Assembly (NCBI GenBank): GCA_049606355.1
Contig: JBMYVL010000004.1
Location: forward strand, 1-32,000
Source: Opitutales bacterium
Lineage (GTDB): Bacteria; Verrucomicrobiota; Verrucomicrobiia; Opitutales; Coraliomargaritaceae
Direction of reading: 5' to 3'
Length of the DNA: 32,000 bases
This document shows, in pieces, positions 1-7,471 of this stretch. Both the position numbers and the translations under genes were made by a program. The stretch's first letter is position 1; every line of letters starts with the position of its first letter. Under the pieces are notes generated by a model. It was not told where the DNA came from. It saw only the letters and a list, made by a program, of their open reading frames with translations, and made no database searches.

Positions 1-253
1 AGTTGTTTCCGAGATTCCATGTCGCTTTCGCGTTACCGAAACCACGCACCGCAGCATTGGTCGCGCTTTTGTCGAGGCCAATCGCTTTGCCATTTTCGGC
101 GCCGAGTTTCGCACGGATGCCGTCCAAGCGTGCGGCTGCAACTTCGTTACCCGGGACGATCCAGGACGGTGGTGCAGCGTGTGCAGAGACAGTCAGCAGG
201 GTCGCGCCGGCAGCGAGGGTAAGCGTACGGAGGAGTGAATTCGGGGTTTTCAT
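1..253 (-). CDS. Secreted hypothetical protein, N-terminal fragment (gene runs off the window start)
   Basis: ATG at 253-251 on the minus strand. Manual translation gives MKTPNSLLRTLTLAAGATLLTVSAHA/APPSWIVPGNEVAAARLDG..., a classic signal peptide with an AHA-A cleavage site. The frame stays open to the window edge. It is absent from the ORF track because it is truncated. The + strand ORF 3..308 is its mirror. Confidence 0.5.
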   Translation of the reverse strand, partial: MKTPNSLLRTLTLAAGATLLTVSAHAAPPSWIVPGNEVAAARLDGIRAKLGAENGKAIGLDKSATNAAVRGFGNAKATWNLGNN

Positions 254-555
254 TGGAGCAGATAATCAGTGTTTAGCTGAGGTGGCGCAAGTAAAATTAC
301 GTATGTGAAGCGGTAAAAAGTAACATTTCCTAATTCCCCTAGAAAAGCCTGCGGCACCATTTGTGCGGCGCGCCCCACGCATCGGCGGCTGTGCCCTGCG
401 CAGTTTGCTGCGTGCCGGCTCGAGGTGTGCTGCTCGCTGCTTCAATAAGCGATTGAAGAAGAGCGGTTTAGGTATTTACGGCAGTTGGGCGGGGGCGCTC
501 CGCGGCGGTCTTGCTTGGGGTGCGCGTCTGCTTGTGGGCTCCCGCACGCATTCCG

Positions 556-2430
556 TTATTTTGTGCGCTGCCTTGCAGTCGATAGATAGTTGATGCGCTT
601 CTGGCTGAGGCCCTTGTGCTGCGCCCATGCTGCCGTCGCCAGTATCTCGGGATCCACGTTGAGGCCGTAGCTGTCTTGCAGGAGGACCATGGTATTGAGG
701 ATCAAATTGACCGCGACCGGCTTGTGGGCGACTTGCGCGAGGGCAGTTAACAAGTAAGGCAGCGGGTCCGCGCTGCGCGTGAGGCCGAGGAATTCCGCGG
801 CGCGGGCACGCACCAGTGGGTCGCGATCGCTCTGCGCGAGCTTAAGGACTTGGGGGTGCAGCTCACCGGCTGCTTGACCGAATGCACTGCAACTGATGCA
901 GGCCCAGTAGCGCTCCAGCGGATCGCTCGCCGCGAGTGCTTCGAGCAAGTGCGGCCGTGCTTTGGGAAAGTCAAGGAGTTGCAGATCCGCGATGTCGGCG
1001 AGGCGTGCGATGCGCTCAACGGACTGATTCGCCAGAGTGCTGACATCGCCCTTGCAGGCGAGTGTTGCAGTTTCGGGTAGGAATCCGGTGTCCGGCCATT
1101 GTCGCAGCTGAGCCTGCAGGGTGCTTCGCAGCTCAGCAAGTACGACCTGAAACTCTGGATGCGCTGCCAGATTGGTCACTTCATGCGGGTCGTTGTGCAG
1201 ATCATAGAGCTCTTCGGCAGGACGTGCGCGAAAGAATGCGCTTTGTACGGGCGTTAGCTTTCCTGCCCGTGCGAGCTCGCGCCACTCTCTGAAGGCGTCG
1301 AGCTTGTAGCGGTAGGCATTATGTAAGCCATCGAAATTATAGGGCTGGAAATTGCGCCGATAGCTAAAGCGACCTTTGCGCAGGAAGCGCACCATGTCAT
1401 ATTTTTCATCGAACCGATCGGCATAACCAAAGGCGGTATCACGTTGGGCCAGTTGTGCTTGGGTGATGCCGGCGCCAAGAAAGGGGCGACCATCCATGGC
1501 TTCGGGTATATCCAGACCCGCGAGATGCAGTAGGGTGGCGGCAAAATCAACAAATTCGACGCAGCCATCCAGGCGGGTGCCCGCCGCGCTGGGTTGCCCA
1601 TTGGCGTCGATTGGCAGCAGGTGTTGCCATTTTTCGGGGACGTACACCACCAGTGCGACCTGCAGCCCATCATTATGGGCGTAGCCTTTACTGCCGGGGA
1701 GCACACCTCCATGGTCACCAAAATGAAAAATGATGGTATCCTCGTATAATCCGTCCGCTTTCAATTGCGCGATCGTTGCCGCCATCTGTTGGTCTACGGC
1801 AGCGTTGAGGCTGAGGTACTGAACATACTTGTCTCGCATCAGCGGGGTGTCCGGATGGTAGGGCAGCAGTGAGACTGCATCCGCCGTAGTAACCGCGGGT
1901 ACGCCGGCCGGTAACTTTTTAAACAAACGGCTTTCATGCGTCCGGTAGAAATTTTGGACGTGAAAAAATGCCTGCCCGGGAGCCCTGTTGCGCCAACTGG
2001 CAGATCTGTCGCTGGCATCCCAGACGCCCTGCACGAAGCGGGCTTGGTACACATAGTCCTGTTTGCTGTTGTTGGTGGTGTAATAGCCCGCATCGCGCAA
2101 ATAGGCGGGAAAGAGCTTCAGCCCTTGCGGGAGTGTGAGTGGCATTTGGGGGCGGTGGTAGATCGCGCCGGTTCGCGGCCCATAGACGCCTGAGATCAAT
2201 GCACTGCGCGCCGTGGAGCAAACCGGTGCATTGGAGTAGGCATGCTTGAAAATGACGCCTTCAGCCGCGAGGGCTTCGATGGTCGGCATTGGCGCGCCGT
2301 GCTCGGGGTTGTACAGGCGGTACCAGTGCGCCGCATTGTCCTCGGTCGTCAGCCAGAGGAAATTGGGGCGATCGGCAGCAAAGGCCGTGCAACTCAACAG
2401 GAAAAGAAATAGGAGAGGGACGGGGGACAT
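556..2430 (-). CDS. Secreted sulfatase (arylsulfatase/S1 family) with C-terminal HEAT/armadillo-like repeat region
   Basis: Signal peptide MSPVPLLFLFLLSCTAFA. Sulfatase N-terminal metal-site motif LWLTTEDN. Formylglycine-type motif PVCSTARSALISG. GDHGG motif (FGDHGGVLPG). The last ~140 aa contain DPLVRARAAEFLG-type HEAT-like repeats. Confidence 0.9.
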   Translation of the reverse strand: MSPVPLLFLFLLSCTAFAADRPNFLWLTTEDNAAHWYRLYNPEHGAPMPTIEALAAEGVIFKHAYSNAPVCSTARSALISGVYGPRTGAIYHRPQMPLTLPQGLKLFPAYLRDAGYYTTNNSKQDYVYQARFVQGVWDASDRSASWRNRAPGQAFFHVQNFYRTHESRLFKKLPAGVPAVTTADAVSLLPYHPDTPLMRDKYVQYLSLNAAVDQQMAATIAQLKADGLYEDTIIFHFGDHGGVLPGSKGYAHNDGLQVALVVYVPEKWQHLLPIDANGQPSAAGTRLDGCVEFVDFAATLLHLAGLDIPEAMDGRPFLGAGITQAQLAQRDTAFGYADRFDEKYDMVRFLRKGRFSYRRNFQPYNFDGLHNAYRYKLDAFREWRELARAGKLTPVQSAFFRARPAEELYDLHNDPHEVTNLAAHPEFQVVLAELRSTLQAQLRQWPDTGFLPETATLACKGDVSTLANQSVERIARLADIADLQLLDFPKARPHLLEALAASDPLERYWACISCSAFGQAAGELHPQVLKLAQSDRDPLVRARAAEFLGLTRSADPLPYLLTALAQVAHKPVAVNLILNTMVLLQDSYGLNVDPEILATAAWAQHKGLSQKRINYLSTARQRTK

Positions 2431-2548
2431 GTGAGGAGCAAAGGGCGCGCAGTCGCGAGCGGCAAGCCTTGTTGTCGAGGCGATCGTCGCCTTCGTCGAT
2501 CTAACTCTGGGCTAGGCTGGGCGCGGGCACGCTCTCTGGAGCGGGCTG

Positions 2549-4363
2549 TTAAGGGACTCGGCGTACGCGATAGAAGCGAGCGGGCTGCCCCTCTGCAAGC
2601 GGTACGGTGGTGGACTGCATCGTGGCAGTACTGTCGTGGCTGAGTAATTGAGCGGACTGCCAGACCTGGAGATCAGTCGAAGTCTCCAACTCATACAGTG
2701 CGTAGGGCTGCGCGGTCCACTCGAGGGTTTGCGCGCCCGGCTGCGTTAATTTAAACGCAGACCCGGCATCACTCGGATCCGTGCCCAGCAGGTACTCGCT
2801 GAGGTTGTCGTAACCGTCGCCATCGGGGTCGGCACTGGCAGTGGATCCGTAGTCGCTGCCGAAATAGCTGCTCATCCACGCGTCGGGGATGCCGTCGGGT
2901 GCGTTGTAGGGCCAAGCGTCGGGGCGAAAGCCAACGATGCGCACTGTAAAGGTGGGCGAAAGGTGGGTGCCATCGGAAAAACGTGCTTGGAATCGGTCGT
3001 AATAGCCGCCGCCCGCCAGATCGGCCACGCTTGCCGTACTGTAATAGCCCGCAGCGGCGTAGCTAAGGGTCGTAGCGTCAAGGCTGAAGGTCCCATTGTT
3101 TGTGGTGCTGAGATCGACCTGCAGGCTGAGTGGGTCTCCCTGTCGGTCAAAGCCGCGCAGAGTCACCTGATTGACCTGCGGGTGGCTGAGGCTCGTTCCG
3201 CTGGGGTGGGTCACTGCATATAGGATGCGATCGTAACCACTGGGGGGCGTGTTGAGGGGGTAGGCTTTGCGGACGGTGAGAATATCGTAGTCGTTGAGCG
3301 TGGCACCGCGGTCATCGCGGTGCGCTTGGTAGTACATCATGGCCTCGGCCAGCCCACTGTCGGCTTCGGATGGATCCTCACTGCTGTGCGCCAAGCCGAT
3401 GACGTGCCCAATTTCATGGGTGAGGACTTGCTCGAGTTGGCTGGGTGTTTCGAGAAATGCCTGCGGATGATTCAATACAACATAGCCGTTGCCCATGGGG
3501 TTGAACGGCGTGCCGTCCAGACTGCCGCCATTGCCCGGATCGATCCAATAGCTGGCGCCGCCAAAACCAAGGGTCGAGCCGCTATCGGAGATGCGGTTGA
3601 AGTTGTCATGAAATTGCACGCGGATCACGCTGCCTTCGTCGTTGGCATAGTCTTCCGCCGATTGGGTGAATACTTCGGTGCCGACCCATTCAAACAGTAA
3701 ACTGCTGCTGGCTTGCCAGCTTGCCAGTGCATTCTGCAGTGCGGTGATGGCGGCGGCTTCGCTAATGCCCGCGGGGCGCGTGGATAGATCGGCATACACC
3801 GGAATCGGCTGGTTGCGGTCGGGCGCCGTATAGCGCCGAAAACCATTGCTGTCCAATAGCCCGGAGTCGGTCACGGCAAATTGCACCGAAAGTGGCTGCG
3901 TTGCGAAGCTGCTTAGATCCGCGCCTGCCGAAAGCCCCGCGCAGCTGGCTCGGACCGTATCCAGATCCACCGCGTCCAGTGGGTGGACGCCAGCGGCGCT
4001 GTCGAAAAACTGCAAGCGCCCCGCCACCACTTGCAGTTGCAGTAAGTACTGCGCGCCGACACGCAGCTGAGGAAGCTGCGAGTTGGCATTGACTTTGCCA
4101 TTGTAGCTGCCACCTGCGGCGTACACTTCGAAATAGCTCGGAATGGTGCCGCGCAGCACCTCCACAGTACGAAAGACAAAGCGAGTTTGGATGCGCGCAT
4201 CGATCCAGCGCCCCTGACTCAACACCAGCTCGGCAGTGGCAGTCGCATCGGCCGCACGCGCCTGTTGCGAGTGATTTTGGGGGAGTACCGTAAGGCCGTG
4301 CAGGCTTAGGGGAAGGCAGCCAGTCGCGAGTGCGATGGCGAGATAGTAGAAAGTACGAGACAT
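2549..4363 (-). CDS. Secreted zinc metalloprotease, metzincin (matrixin/M10-like) with C-terminal Ca-binding TSP3-like repeat and beta-rich tail
   Basis: N-terminal signal peptide. HEIGHVIGLAH (HExxHxxGxxH) at 3386-3418, followed by a Met-turn candidate AMMYY. DPDGDGYDNLSEYLLGTDPSD acidic repeat near the C-terminus. Confidence 0.85.
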   Translation of the reverse strand: MSRTFYYLAIALATGCLPLSLHGLTVLPQNHSQQARAADATATAELVLSQGRWIDARIQTRFVFRTVEVLRGTIPSYFEVYAAGGSYNGKVNANSQLPQLRVGAQYLLQLQVVAGRLQFFDSAAGVHPLDAVDLDTVRASCAGLSAGADLSSFATQPLSVQFAVTDSGLLDSNGFRRYTAPDRNQPIPVYADLSTRPAGISEAAAITALQNALASWQASSSLLFEWVGTEVFTQSAEDYANDEGSVIRVQFHDNFNRISDSGSTLGFGGASYWIDPGNGGSLDGTPFNPMGNGYVVLNHPQAFLETPSQLEQVLTHEIGHVIGLAHSSEDPSEADSGLAEAMMYYQAHRDDRGATLNDYDILTVRKAYPLNTPPSGYDRILYAVTHPSGTSLSHPQVNQVTLRGFDRQGDPLSLQVDLSTTNNGTFSLDATTLSYAAAGYYSTASVADLAGGGYYDRFQARFSDGTHLSPTFTVRIVGFRPDAWPYNAPDGIPDAWMSSYFGSDYGSTASADPDGDGYDNLSEYLLGTDPSDAGSAFKLTQPGAQTLEWTAQPYALYELETSTDLQVWQSAQLLSHDSTATMQSTTVPLAEGQPARFYRVRRVP

Positions 4364-4503
4364 GGCTTGGGGGTGCAGCGACCTAGGGCAATCTCCGAGG
4401 CGATTGAAGGTTTTACTTAGAATGCTTGCGCTCGGCCCCGTTTGACCAGTATTTTTGGGTAAAAATATTGTAATGTTTAGTGCCGCGCGGCGAATCGTTG
4501 AAC

Positions 4504-5115
4504 ATGACCCAAACTGCTTTATTCCCCCGTCTGCTCCCGCTGCTTCTCATCACTGCGCTGAGTGCGCACGCTTCGTCGTATGACAGTAGCAATGATTTGT
4601 ACCAACTCGATCAAGCGACCGCGATCACCGTGGGGGCGCCTTCAGCGGCCGACTTTTCGTTTAGTTTCGATACCGCTTCGGGCTTAGCAGCATCCGCCGA
4701 CGACACCAATTTTGAGCTGACCGCGGGGTACGCCTACACCTTTACCCGCGGTGCGGGAAGCCACCCTTTTGCGATTTTATCCGCGGCACAAATGGATGCA
4801 CTGACCAGCAGTTATTCGTTGACGTCTGCGCCGGACGGGTGGACGCGCTCGGGCTTTCTGGGTGGCAACTTGGCGGAGAGCGCCAGTTACAATGCGAGCA
4901 GCGGCGGTTTGTTGTACAGCGGGCCGGGTGGTTTGGATCCCTTTACCTGGACCCCCACGATTTCGGAAGCCGGTACGTATTATTACAACTGCGGCGTGAG
5001 CGGCCACGGTGGCATGCTGGGGCAGATTACGGTCGTGCCGGAACCCGCCACATCAGCCCTCCTGGCAGGTCTGCTGCTGTTGGGCTACAGTACCCTGCGG
5101 CGCCGCACCCGTTAG
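4504..5115 (+). CDS. PEP-CTERM-anchored cupredoxin-like (type 1 copper-like) protein
   Basis: The ATG at 4504 gives the signal peptide MTQTALFPRLLPLLLITALSAHA. The track start at 4480 is a GTG extension. Plastocyanin-like C-terminal loop YYYNCGVSGHGGMLGQITV, plus an upstream GSHPF His. The terminal VPEP + hydrophobic helix + RRRTR is a PEP-CTERM sorting signal (5035-5112). Confidence 0.8.
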   Translation: MTQTALFPRLLPLLLITALSAHASSYDSSNDLYQLDQATAITVGAPSAADFSFSFDTASGLAASADDTNFELTAGYAYTFTRGAGSHPFAILSAAQMDALTSSYSLTSAPDGWTRSGFLGGNLAESASYNASSGGLLYSGPGGLDPFTWTPTISEAGTYYYNCGVSGHGGMLGQITVVPEPATSALLAGLLLLGYSTLRRRTR

Positions 5116-5121
5116 GAGCAC

Positions 5122-5157
5122 AAAAAAGCCCCTAAGCATTTCTGCCTAAGGGCTTTA
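5122..5157. terminator. Bidirectional rho-independent terminator between the PEP-CTERM gene and the tRNA pair
   Basis: Imperfect ~12-bp stem (aagcccctaagc / gcctaagggctt) with loop atttct. An A-run lies on the left, which is a T-run for the minus-strand tRNAs, and ttt lies on the right. Confidence 0.5.
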
Positions 5158-5160
5158 AGA

Positions 5161-5236
<76 letters not shown>

Positions 5237-5241
5237 CTTTC

Positions 5242-5314
<73 letters not shown>

Positions 5315-5406
5315 AGAATAAAAAAACTGTGTCGCCGTCGCAAAACGGCGAAGAAGCGCGTATCGTGCGATTCGGGCTTTCGCTGTCAAGCCCGCGATGG
5401 CTAATT

Positions 5407-5958
5407 TTATTCGGCGGTAGCCGTGCGCTTGGCGGGCACCGCAGGTGGCTCGGTGGAGGGCTGCTCCGGGCGCGGGTGTTTTGGATGAGGTGGTGTGGGC
5501 AGGATGCCTTCCTGCAGCATCAGTTCGTGGCGTGCTTGCGCTGGCAGCTCCCGCAGGCGTGCCCGCCATGCGCGACGTTCTGCGGGGCTTTTTTCTAGCC
5601 ATCGCTGGCGCATTGCCTGGCGGCGCTCGGGTGGAATGGCGTCGAAACGTCGACGTAGGGTCTCGATTTGCTGCGGATCCATTGCCTGCATTTTTTTGAT
5701 CCGTTGGCGGAGCATGGCCTTTTCTTCGGCTGGCATGCTGTCGATCCGCTCAAGAGTGGCCCGCAGGTCGCGCAGCTCGGCAGCGTCCATCTTTAATAAC
5801 TTCAATAGTTGGCGTGTGGCGTGATCGGGGCGCGGTTGCCGCGCTTGATTTGCGCGATCGCTTGTCGCCGCTTCCTGGGGCACCGGGGTTTGAGCAAGGA
5901 GCGGATCGAGGCAAAGCAGCAGGCTGCTAAGGAAGACGGAAGAGAGGAATGCTTTCAT
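5407..5958 (-). CDS. Periplasmic helical R/E/Q-rich repeat protein (DUF3106 / Spy-CpxP-style), third gene of the ECF module
   Basis: Signal peptide MKAFLSSVFLSSLLLCLDPLLA. Repeated 'L..L..eer..lRqR' helices (MLRQRIKKMQAMDPQQ, RRQAMRQRWLEKSPAERRAWRARL). Its start overlaps the upstream stop in an ATGA at 5955-5958. Confidence 0.6.
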   Translation of the reverse strand: MKAFLSSVFLSSLLLCLDPLLAQTPVPQEAATSDRANQARQPRPDHATRQLLKLLKMDAAELRDLRATLERIDSMPAEEKAMLRQRIKKMQAMDPQQIETLRRRFDAIPPERRQAMRQRWLEKSPAERRAWRARLRELPAQARHELMLQEGILPTPPHPKHPRPEQPSTEPPAVPAKRTATAE

Positions 5959-6383
5959 GATTGGAAATCGAAGTAGAGCGCTTCAAGCGTGTGGAGTAGA
6001 TTGGAGGCGGCGAGGGATTCGCCGTCGGGGGGCATCAGGCCGGCGAGGCTTTCCTGGAGGATTAAGATCTCTTCAAGCTCGGCGGTCAGCAATGGCTGCG
6101 CCGTCGCGGCCGGCGGATCCACTGCTCTTGCGCCGGGAGCGGTGTGCGGGCGGCTTGGCAGGAGCGTTGCCGCCAGTGCGATGGCCGCTGCGAGCGGCAG
6201 CGCGTAGCGCAGGAAGCGCCGCGCCGACGGCGTACTTTTCGCTGGCGGCGGTGTCGCGGCCGGTGAGGCCCCCGCAGCGGTGAGGACTCGTTGGGTGAAG
6301 TCATCACTTGCTTGGAGCGGGCGGCTCGCAAGGAGCGCGTCGAGTTGTGGATCGAAGGGATCGCGTGGATCGGTGGTTTTCAT
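5955..6383 (-). CDS. Putative single-pass anti-sigma factor (no zinc ZAS motif)
   Basis: It sits directly downstream of the ECF sigma gene. I prefer the ATG at 6383 (MKTTDPRDPF...) because the track start at 6476 would overlap the sigma gene by 70 nt. One TM helix (FLRYALPLAAAIALAATLL). Assignment is by position and topology only. Confidence 0.5.
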   Translation of the reverse strand: MKTTDPRDPFDPQLDALLASRPLQASDDFTQRVLTAAGASPAATPPPAKSTPSARRFLRYALPLAAAIALAATLLPSRPHTAPGARAVDPPAATAQPLLTAELEEILILQESLAGLMPPDGESLAASNLLHTLEALYFDFQS

Positions 6384-6406
6384 ACTTAAAATGGAGAGGC
6401 TGCCAG

Positions 6407-7000
6407 TTAGGTTCGGTGGGTTGGGGAGTACTCTTTGAGTGCGCTGCGCAGCTGCGTTCGGGCACGGTGGATCCATGTTTTGACGGCGCTGACACTCGCG
6501 TCGAGGGCCGTGGCGATTTCGTCGTAGCTGAGGCCTTGCTGCTGTAAGAGCAGGATGGCGGCGCGTTGTCGCTCAGGTAGCTCGGCGAGCGCTCGGTGAA
6601 AGGCTTCTTCGATTTCGCGACTGTGGTCTGCTGCTGCTGGTTGTTGCGTCATTACAAAGTCACTGGGGTCGATATACTCCAGCGGCCGGCGGCTTTGTTT
6701 GCGATAGCGATCAATGAGCCGCCGGCGGGCGAGGGTGAAGATAAAGGCGCTGAAGCTCCCTTGGTCGGTGTAGCGCGCTGCAGCGCGGGATAAATCAACA
6801 AAGGTTTCCTGCGCGAGGTCTTCGGCATCCGCGCGATTGCCAACGGCCCGATAGAAGAAATTGATCAGCCGAGATTGCCAACGAGTGACGAGACTGGCGA
6901 ATGCACTACGGTCACCATCGACCCACGCGCGCAGGCAGGCGCTGTCAATCGATTCGGCGATCGGCGTGGGTGGCGCTGGGGGCGTGGCGGAGGGCGTCAT
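6407..7000 (-). CDS. RNA polymerase ECF-type sigma-70 factor
   Basis: Region 2 (DAEDLAQETFVDL, FSAFIFTLARRRLIDRYRK) and region 4 HTH (LPERQRAAILLLQQQGLSYDEIATALDASVSAVKTWIHRAR). I prefer the ATG at 7000 (MTPSATPP...). The 52-codon upstream extension in the track has no sigma similarity. Confidence 0.9.
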   Translation of the reverse strand: MTPSATPPAPPTPIAESIDSACLRAWVDGDRSAFASLVTRWQSRLINFFYRAVGNRADAEDLAQETFVDLSRAAARYTDQGSFSAFIFTLARRRLIDRYRKQSRRPLEYIDPSDFVMTQQPAAADHSREIEEAFHRALAELPERQRAAILLLQQQGLSYDEIATALDASVSAVKTWIHRARTQLRSALKEYSPTHRT

Positions 7001-7232
7001 TTGCGGGAAGACAGGGGCACCGCACACGTGGCTGTAGTGGATCGGCAGCGCGGTTTCGGTGAATTTTGCTGGCATTCTTATGGGAGAATCGTCGTTTGGC
7101 AAAGAATGTTGCACGCACGGTGCTTTTTGGGGGCGAAATTTTGTCAAAACCAACACCCTTCAGCCACTGCAGGGCCGGCAACGGCGCCGCTTGCAACTTG
7201 CTCACAGTTGATTGTGAATAACTTGTGCATAA

Positions 7233-7248
7233 TAACTAGATCTAGTGG
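7233..7248 (+). promoter_or_regulatory. NrdR box 1 (candidate)
   Basis: TAACTAGATCTAGTGG contains the perfect 12-nt palindrome ACTAGATCTAGT. It matches 11 of 16 positions of the NrdR box consensus acaCwAtATaTwGtgt. Confidence 0.6.
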
Positions 7249-7263
7249 TCGGCGCATAAAATT

Positions 7264-7279
7264 TGTCGATATATTGTGT
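7264..7279 (+). promoter_or_regulatory. NrdR box 2 (candidate)
   Basis: TGTCGATATATTGTGT matches 12 of 16 consensus positions. Its centre is 31 bp from the centre of box 1, the typical tandem spacing of about three helical turns. It lies upstream of nrdB. Confidence 0.65.
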
Positions 7280-7471
7280 TCCCATGTTGACAGACCTGCG
7301 AGGGGCGAGCAGGGTTAGCGCTCGAGTATGATCGCAGCCGGCATTGTAACTATCCTATCTTTTTGGTGTTCAAGGCGCTTCGATTTTTCAGACCGAAAAA
7401 ACTGCAAAATCGGGCCGAATTTCGGCTGCGATTCGAGCCAAACTTCATTCTAACCCACCGACGCACTGACC

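Noticed and set aside
3-308. 101-aa + strand ORF at the window start
   Set aside because: It is the antisense shadow of a better-supported minus-strand gene, which has an ATG at 253 and a clear signal peptide. The + strand product is Arg/Ala-rich with no recognisable features.
363-593. 76-aa + strand ORF in the ~300-bp GC-rich spacer between the partial secreted-protein gene and the sulfatase
   Set aside because: It overlaps the sulfatase 3' end and has an Arg/Gly/Ala/Leu-rich composition typical of random GC-rich frames. There is no start context or motif. The spacer is more likely the promoter and leader of the first gene.
5332-5351. Hairpin TCGCCGT-cgcaaa-ACGGCGA followed on the minus strand by a T7 run, as a terminator for the ECF operon
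   Set aside because: The structure is real, but the T-run ends only ~5 nt before the tRNA-Lys 5' end. That leaves no room for a separate tRNA promoter, so I could not decide between a terminator and a processing site and did not list it as a feature.
7001-7156. 52-codon N-terminal extension of the ECF sigma ORF
   Set aside because: The extension has no sigma-region similarity, and the internal Met at 7000 gives a normal ~198-aa ECF sigma. I could not place a convincing GGAAC-N16-CGT ECF promoter here either.
7280-7471. Possible cobalamin (B12) riboswitch or other riboswitch in the long nrdB leader
   Set aside because: I could not find a B12-box-like element or the conserved GCCACTG-type core. 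There are only weak A/U hairpins (tttttc-agacc-gaaaaa) and a short palindrome (GCCGAA-t-TTCGGC). A covariance-model scan is needed before any call.
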